Below, in pieces: positions 41,443 through 47,934 of a stretch of 47,934 nucleotides of DNA. Where the stretch lies: positions 1 through 47,934 of the forward strand of contig JYFJ02002988.1 in assembly GCA_000934665.2 (NCBI GenBank). The letters are read 5' to 3'. This DNA is from Catajapyx aquilonaris. Lineage: Eukaryota. The position numbers and the translations under genes were made by a program. Each line of letters starts with the position of its first letter. Within the stretch, counting starts at the first letter, position 1. The notes below the pieces were generated by a model. That model was not told where the DNA came from and did no database searches. It worked only from the letters and a program-made list of their open reading frames with translations.

Positions 41443-41463
41443 TGTGTGCGTGGGTGTGATCAG

Positions 41464-41810
41464 GTCTTGACTAAGGTCTGGGGACGGAAGTCTGTGGTTT
41501 TACTGTAGCTGTGGGGACCAGTTCCAATTGTGGGGACATTTGTCGGTCCCCACAGTCTCACACACGCGAAGTGTACCATTACAGTGGGGACATGTGTAAA
41601 TTAGTGGGGACATGTCCCCACTATTTTCATTTGTAGGGTTTCACAAAAGTCCATTTTTCTCAGCCTAGGTTACTTAGGGTAGGGTAGGCTAGGTAGGGTA
41701 GGTTAGGTAAGGTTAGGTTAGGTTAGGTTAGGTTAGGTTAGGTTAGGTTAGATCAGTTTACACTCGCAGTGAAAAGTGATCAATGTCCGTCCCCACGCCT
41801 TAGTCAAGAC
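41464..41810. mobile_element. TIR element carrying a (TTAGG)n array, flanked by TG repeats
   Basis: TIRs GTCTTGACTAAGGTCTGGGGACGGA / TCCGTCCCCACGCCTTAGTCAAGAC; repeated GTGGGGAC/GTCCCCAC; followed by (GT)n(ATGT)n. Confidence 0.85.
41666..41751 (+). repeat. Interstitial arthropod telomere-type repeat (TTAGG)n
   Basis: Seven perfect TTAGG plus TTAG at 41713-41751, preceded by degenerate TAGG/TAGGG units. Confidence 0.9.
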
Positions 41811-42015
41811 AAGAGCATGTGTGTGTGTGTATGTATGTATGTCGTAGCCCCATAGCGAAATTGGGCACTTCATGAAATGTCTACTGAAATTGGACACATG
41901 CTGCAATGGCAATCTCCCGTGAAGAATTACATCATGTGCCCAGAAATATTGGACTGTTTGCGAAGTGTCAGCAACGGGTTGGACTGATTTCGTAATTCAG
42001 AATCTACCCAGTGTA

Positions 42016-42249
42016 CCTGAGCAGCTGGGCAAAACCAGAAGGTGTGGAGGGCATCAGGAGATGCAGAGTGCCTCTCCATACCATACCTGCCCTGGACTAC
42101 CCTTTGGCTCAAGCGTCAGGACCAACTCCTGGACTTACAGAGTCCAGACATTCCCTCCTCACATTTCGTCCAGGTCATAGGCAGGTCTGACCTGCACTCT
42201 GCATCTCCTGATGCCCTCCACACCTTCTGGTTTTGCTCAGCTGTTCATG
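42016..42249. mobile_element. MITE with about 56-bp TIRs and TA target duplication
   Basis: TA|CCTGAGCAGCTGGGCAAAACCAGAAGGTGTGGAGGGCATCAGGAGATGCAGAGTGC ... reverse complement 42194-42249|TA. Confidence 0.85.
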
Positions 42250-42581
42250 TACATTGTACACTGACTGCAGGACTGGCCTGGTTAATACACGGCACCGCCC
42301 GCGCCCGGCACGCTGACGACATCCAGCGGGGAAATCCCTCGCGCACAGCCAGTGACACATGTATACACAGGATGGTGTATGGCACATAGATCGGAATGTG
42401 TAAATTCTGTATATTGTGCTACACACCTTGTGTACCTCCCATTTTGTACAGACAAATTGTGTATCTGCTTGACTCGAATCATTTATGTACACAAAATGTG
42501 TCCTCATCGTACACCACAATGTGTGGATTGCATTATACACACACGATGTGTATCCTTTTTGTACACAATGTTTTAAGAGAG

Positions 42582-42805
42582 CGGTCGCGGTCACCTTTCA
42601 CCGCGTCTGTAGCGCTCTCTGGTGCCGCGAAGGAGAAGGCTCATCTCGCACGCTTTGGAGGCGATTATAATAATGGAGAGCCTTGGAATCCTGGCTCTCC
42701 ATTATTATAATCGCCTTCGACTTAAAAGCGTGCGAGATGACCCCTTCTCCTTCGCGGCACCGGAGAGCGCTACAGACGAGACGCGGTGAAAGGCGACCGC
42801 GACCG
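42582..42805. mobile_element. GC-rich foldback (palindromic) MITE-like element
   Basis: About 100-bp arms (CGGTCGCGGTCACCTTTCACCGCGTCT...GGCGATTATAATAATGGAGAGCC and reverse complement) with a loop of about 10 nt and a few indels. Confidence 0.8.
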
Positions 42806-43550
42806 GGCAGCCGGGACTGGCGACTCGCGACCGGATGCAGGTGTTGTGGCTTCGGAACCTCGCATTTTGGCTGTATTTTCACCCTGCTAACGTGGAAATC
42901 AGCAGCGGATGTGATGTTTTCTCAGCACTATAGGCCAAGCAGAATTAGAAAATCCAAAAAATTTCGAAATTCAGAAGGGTAAGAAGAGAGTTACTTTGGT
43001 TGTAAGACACATCAAATGGGCATTAATTACGGCTAATAAAATGAGAGGAAACGTTCAACTTTAAAAAATAGCGCCTGTAGACCACGAGAATAATGAAAAA
43101 TCGTGGCCTTGCACAAGCTATTTTGCGGTCTAGCATAAACGGATTTCTGAAAATAATAATATTAACGAATTTCAATACGTTCCAAAAATTACGCGAGCGT
43201 ATAATACTCGTATATGTATAATATTGTGATGTCAATGATTTTCTAGTATGCCAAAATTAATTACTGCTAGGCGAATGGACTAATAGGTTGGCAAGCTATA
43301 GAGGCAACAGGGGAAGTGTTCAGCAAGAACGCGTTTTGCCTGAGTCCTTGTCCGTCACTCCTGTAGGTTATGTGAACTATAGCTTTACAGAGGCCGGTCT
43401 GTAACTTGGTGTAAAGTGAGTAGACCTATTGAGTAGCTATGTATATTTTTTCGAAACCATGCCCTTGGTCAATGTACAGCCAGAATGGCCGCTGGTGTAT
43501 AACCACTCTAGAAATTAGTGCATTTGGATCTAATGTAGTAAACATTTCAG

Positions 43551-43730
43551 ATCACCACCCTGAGCAGGTTGGACGTGTGTCAAGAAGAGGTGGAAGTCAT
43601 AAACTACTTAGACCTGCTGAACGGCATTTTGGCCACTCTGATCGTTCTGGTGGTTGGGAAGCTGCTGTATGACTACTGGACCTACAAAAAGACCGGCAGA
43701 CTGCCCTGGATAGTGTCCAAAATTCCATGA
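43551..43730 (+). CDS. swi2: swi2-like LRR protein, terminal exon 7 (TM helix and short cytoplasmic tail)
   Basis: CATTTCAG| ITTLSRLDVCQEEVEVINYLDLLNGILATLIVLVVGKLLYDYWTYKKTGRLPWIVSKIP-TGA. Missed by the ORF track. The YDYW...G.LPWIV.KIP end matches swi2 as I recall it; halfway continues to PKLPCDW. Confidence 0.93.
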   Translation: MTTLSRLDVCQEEVEVINYLDLLNGILATLIVLVVGKLLYDYWTYKKTGRLPWIVSKIP

Positions 43731-44383
43731 TTTGGAAAAGAAAACAAGGTTCACAAGCAAAGTGGCTCTCGTAGTGAAGTGGACGTGTGAGTTATGATCG
43801 GGGGCAGTGGTGACTTTATTAACTTACCCCTCATGACATGTTGACATATTACCGTCTTGAGTCATCATGCAGGTGATGCTGGAATTATTTTGACTCATTA
43901 CAAAAAGAAATTCATTCCTTATTTTGTTTTTCCAGTTATATATTTTCCAAGGGATATTTTCGTAAAAAATTGTGGCAGGCGTAACCAAATGGATATGGAC
44001 AAGTGTGCCAAGATACACAAGGCTTTCGTAAAGAATAGTGAGACGTACTTTTGTAGTTCCAGTTATGGATGAGGATGTGCCATATCTACTGTTGATTTTG
44101 TCAGAGATGTAATAGTTTGTTGACAAATAAGAGGCATTTGTGATTTATCGCTTAGAGTGCAACTTGGACAAGTGATCCTTCCTCTTGACAAGGGTTGTTG
44201 CCAGAGGTGAAGTATGGATATTTTAGTGTAATGCACTTGGCATATAGGACAGGGGTATTTCTAGGGCATACACGTATCATGCAAAGATTAAGAATGCCGC
44301 CGAGTTTTTTTCAGTCAAAATTAGCAGGGAATTACCAAATTAACTGTGCTTTTCTGAAGTCAGATAGCTTATGGAAGTGCAAA

Positions 44384-44483
44384 AATAAATGTGCAACATG
44401 GTGCTAACCTAAATATCAACTTGAATGCCTCCATCAGGCATTCAATAGGTTATACGTACTTTACATAAACCTTAAGTAATAAA
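44384..44483 (+). terminator. Candidate proximal polyadenylation signals (AATAAA at 44384 and 44478)
   Basis: Hexamers 0.65-0.75 kb after the stop codon; usage unproven. Confidence 0.3.
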
Positions 44484-44541
44484 ATAAGGAAATCAAATAG
44501 CTTTTGACCTTGTCTCATTGAAAATCAAACATTGTTCATAT

Positions 44542-44664
44542 CCTCCTGAGACCTGATGTCCAATATATTGGACATCAGCAAAAATGAAAAGGTGTCAACT
44601 GAAATTGACGCAATTTTTTTTTTTTTGCTGATGTCCAGTATATTGGACATCAGGTCTCAGGAGG
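44542..44664. mobile_element. 123-bp piggyBac-type MITE with ATAT target duplication
   Basis: ATAT|CCTCCTGAGACCTGATGTCCAATATATTGGACATCAGCAAAAA ... TTTTTGCTGATGTCCAGTATATTGGACATCAGGTCTCAGGAGG|ATAT. Confidence 0.8.
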
Positions 44665-45667
44665 ATATAATATATACATGGACGCAACACCCGATCATTT
44701 ATATTAACCTCATTAGTGAAACAACTTGGTAGGGTCATATGCTTTTTTCTGAACTCTCTTTCTGAACTGACTAGGCAATAAGACTTCCACAAAACTTTGT
44801 TATACTGCTTACTTTAATTCTGATTTTCTTGCCTTTTTATTTATGCCTAGCTATGTATTTTCTAAAACCTAATGCATTTACTTACATCCCGGTAAAGTCA
44901 TGAGTCACGAACATTGACCTCCACACAATTTTAGTTAGTGACAGGGTGAATATCTGTCATGGAAGTACCCTAAATCAATTGTATAAGAGAAAGCAATCTA
45001 CATGGCAATGAATTTCAAGTGCTTCTTGTTTGTCAATATGATATTAGCTATTATTTAAGTTGTCAATAATTAAATATTGCTTCCCACAGGAAAGTGAGAT
45101 CAAACATATGCTGACAAGACTGATGTTATATGAAAAGAAGTGGTTTAGAAACCATATTATTTATGCTTGGGAAACTCATGTCATTGTTGTGCCACTCTCC
45201 CCACTGATTGTGGTGCATAACTCTGATAACATTTTTCACTTTTCAGATTGTGCTACAAATTGTGATGCACAGGGTGTTAGAACAATTTGAAAATATTAGG
45301 GTAACTTAACATATCTATTGTACCAAATTTCTAGACTACAAGATGTTTGGTGTAATTAGCAATTCCAGTAATCATTTGGAAAGACTGATCACATAATTAT
45401 TTGGTCAAAGAAAGCAGCGACTGATTCCCAGGGTACTGTACATTCATCAAGCATGTAGGTTACTTCACTCAATTTTAATAGTACTTTGGTCCACAAGATG
45501 TGATTAACTGGAAGAATTACAGGAACTTGACGAGTTTTGATTATTTTATGTTTTGAAGTGTCCAAGATTCCATGGCCTCAAGACATGTCATTTTTTGTAT
45601 GAGTGATTAAATTTCTGAGATTCCACCTATTACAAGATATTTATTTCTAGTACTGCTGGTATTATTC

Positions 45668-45673
45668 AATAAA
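45668..45673 (+). terminator. Candidate distal polyadenylation signal
   Basis: AATAAA followed by T/GT-rich sequence (AGTTTTGTT, GATGTTTTG) just before the repeat-rich region begins. Confidence 0.4.
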
Positions 45674-46138
45674 TTAGATTTTCCTGACTTCAACTACCTG
45701 TAGGCCTACAAAGTTTTGTTCAAGAGATGTTTTGAAGAGCAATTTAGTTTGTCAGATGTTACTTCAAAGTTTTCATATTATTGTGATTTTGTGGGAAAGG
45801 TCCGAACGTGACCTGGACCTAAACATATCACACACTCATCGATGGGCAAATTTTTTCGTGCAAAAGGTGATCACGTTCATGTGGAATTTCCCGTAGGGTA
45901 TTTAACAGACTTCGGAGGGTTCCGATGAGACCAACAATATTATCGATAGAATCCACCACAAGGCACCACGAAAGACAAAAAATAGCATTATTTTATGGTT
46001 GTGCGTTTGGACTCAAAAGTGTTGTGCTCATGTTCAGATTGTGTTGTTATCGTCATATTTTTCACAATTTTTCAATTTAAGCATTTTATGATGTCATTTT
46101 CAAACTGACGCAGCATTAATGTGGAACGGCGTAACCTT

Positions 46139-46782
46139 GGACGGTGTTATGCAATAATGCGTCAACCCACATGAGAGCAGTTTTGAGAAAAAGGGCTTTG
46201 AAGGTCATACCTGTGAAATTGATTCAGTGTTCTTTTCGGTCATTTATGGCAGAAGGACGCAGATTTCACCAGCGTGATTTTAACTGAATTAAGTAGGATC
46301 CTTTAGGTCAGCGGTTCTTAGCCTGGGGTGCGAGGTGGCTTCCCTGGGGTGCGGGCAGGCTTCCCTGGGGGTGCGAGCAAGGTGCACCTCTGGACTTAAT
46401 CTAACCAAGAGCTAATAACTGGTCTAACTATGAACTTAATCAATCACCCAGCTGGTACAGGGGGTGCGACAAGGACCAATATGTTGCCTACAAAGGGGTG
46501 CGGAGGCCCGAAAAGGTTATGACCCTCTGCTTTAGGCATATGTTCCTGGGCTTGGCTCAATTTTGACATTTTTGTGGGTTGACAAATTATTGCATAACAC
46601 CGTCCATGCACACGATTCATGAGTTATTACCTTTTCGGTCATTTGTGGCAGAAGTATGCAGATTTTGCCACCTTGATTTTAACATAATGAAGTACCGTTA
46701 ATATCCTTTGGGTGTATGTTCCTGGGCATAACTCAATTTTGACATTTTTTGTGGGTTGACACATTATTGCATGACACTGTCC
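46139..46782. mobile_element. MITE with one left TIR and a tandemly duplicated right part
   Basis: Left TIR GGACGGTGTTATGCAATAATGCGTCAACCCACA (46139-46171); complementary ends at 46573-46605 and 46750-46782; units of about 150 bp at 46232-46605 (interrupted) and 46631-46782. Confidence 0.7.
46309..46529. mobile_element. hAT (Charlie-type) MITE nested in the preceding element
   Basis: Ends CAGCGGTTCTTAGCCT / AGGTTATGACCCTCTG; TSD CTTTAGGT/CTTTAGGC (7 of 8); GGGGTGCG repeats. Confidence 0.85.
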
Positions 46783-47114
46783 TATTATCCCTCCGCTTTC
46801 GGAGAGGAGGGGGCCTTGCCAGGCATCCGCTCCCGATGCGCCAATTGTTTGAATTTCGGGACGCGGTTTGCCGCGTTCGACGCAGGAAAAGACGCTTGAT
46901 TTTTTTCAAAAAAATATAATCGAATTTTTGAAGGTCGATCACTGTAGTGCCCCCTTAATTCCCTCTCCTGCCTCAGGCATGTTCACCATATTACGTATAC
47001 CGTACCAATGCAGAATCAGTGCTATGCGAATATAGACCTTTAGACCTACAAGCCTAACTGTTAATATATTCAAAGTTTACACAGGCTATAGTGGAGAGCC
47101 CATGTCCCCAGGTT

Positions 47115-47486
47115 AGGGGGATAGAGTAGGGAAAGTCGTCACGGATTAAAAACGAAACAACAATTGAAGGGGTCGGTGCAATACCGCCCTAACCCTCCCA
47201 AACCTGATTTTGAGAAAAACGCATTTAAAGTTTGAGATGACCCATAAATCACCTTTTCCATGTGACAATTTTCATTTCTACCCCAATATACAAGGCACTA
47301 ATAAGGAACATTTATGTGCTATTATGATGATGATGATGGACCACCCACTCTCAGAATGAACAAAATATGGTGGCCGCGTGTGAAAAAATGGCTTAGGGCA
47401 GTATTGCACCCAAATGTAATGCGAACTAAATTTTGGTCAAGAAAGTATCACAAGCTTCACTAGTTAGTTTCCTACTCCCTATTCCT
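47115..47486. mobile_element. MITE-like element with bipartite inverted repeats
   Basis: GGTGCAATACCGCCCTAA (47175-47192) vs TTAGGGCAGTATTGCACC (47393-47410); outer GGGATAGAGTAGGGAAA vs TTTCCTACTCCCTATTCCT. Confidence 0.6.
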
Positions 47487-47815
47487 CGGGGAGGCGGAGT
47501 GGCGCTGCGGTAACGTATGCGCCCACGGATGTTAAGGTCCCGGGTTCGATCCCAGCCCGGGGACACCCCCTTCATCTCGTGCAGAGTTCGGGGGTCATTT
47601 CTGGCTTCGTCTCGGGTGGTATTTCCAATAGACTAAACCACCCGGGGGAGTTCACAAAATGACCACATAAAGACATTGCACTGCACCTTGCACATCCCCT
47701 CCTGTCATGGGTGTTACGTTGTGCCCGGGCGTTACGTATAAAGGTTCCGATGTACTTAATAAATAAAGGTCCGTGCTATGTACCTCAGATGAGGTCAAGC
47801 ACTACCCGGATTATG

Positions 47816-47879
<64 letters not shown>
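47487..47879 (+). mobile_element. Intact tRNA-derived SINE with (ATT)n tail and 14-bp TSD
   Basis: A box TGGCGCTGCGG, B box GGTTCGATCCC, 3' stem-loop GTGCT..ACCTC-AGAT-GAGGT..AGCAC, (ATT)n tail; TSD TACTCCCTATTCCT at 47473-47486 and 47880-47893. Confidence 0.92.
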
Positions 47880-47881
<2 letters not shown>

Positions 47882-47934
47882 CTCCCTATTCCTGGTTTTT
47901 CCAGTTCGTTCAGCATATGTTGACAGGGGCGGAT

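Noticed and set aside
41666..41751. True telomere or chromosome fusion site
   Set aside because: Short, single orientation and enclosed by TIRs inside an intron.
41927..42982. Cluster of overlapping 60-140 aa ORFs
   Set aside because: Arise from GC-rich palindromic MITEs; the same peptides appear on both strands.
39619..43730. Calling the gene halfway (hfw) or a Toll receptor
   Set aside because: No TIR domain, and the tail ends LPWIVSKIP without the halfway-type PKLPCDW extension; swi2 fits better, pending phylogenetic confirmation.
46790..46958. Kolobok-like right end (...TAGTGCCCCC|TTAA)
   Set aside because: No matching left TIR found in the window.
47488..47570. tRNA gene
   Set aside because: tRNA-like head continues into a SINE body with tail and TSD; no proper cloverleaf or oligo-T terminator.

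Overview
Eukaryotic, AT-rich arthropod (probably insect) genomic DNA. One protein-coding gene spans most of the window on the + strand: a 7-exon, about 517-aa type I membrane leucine-rich-repeat protein of the halfway/singed wings family, most similar to singed wings 2 (swi2). The joined CDS is 4641-4702, 7205-7821, 38528-38676, 39619-39966, 40032-40139, 40797-40886, 43551-43730; all introns are GT-AG and all phases are compatible. Intron 2 is 30.7 kb. The rest is non-coding and rich in non-autonomous transposons: a long-TIR element with a decayed XPG-like nuclease fragment (Academ-like) at the left edge, several Tc1/mariner/pogo-type and hAT MITEs, two tRNA-derived SINEs that share a structurally conserved core but differ in their tails, two TIR elements carrying TTAGG telomere-type repeats in a TG-rich tract, and an ATAT-flanked palindromic element downstream of the stop codon. 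Probable transposon excision footprints (TACWGTA, TAGGCCTA) look enriched. Most short ORFs in the supplied track are spurious. All family assignments come from recalled motifs, not database searches.
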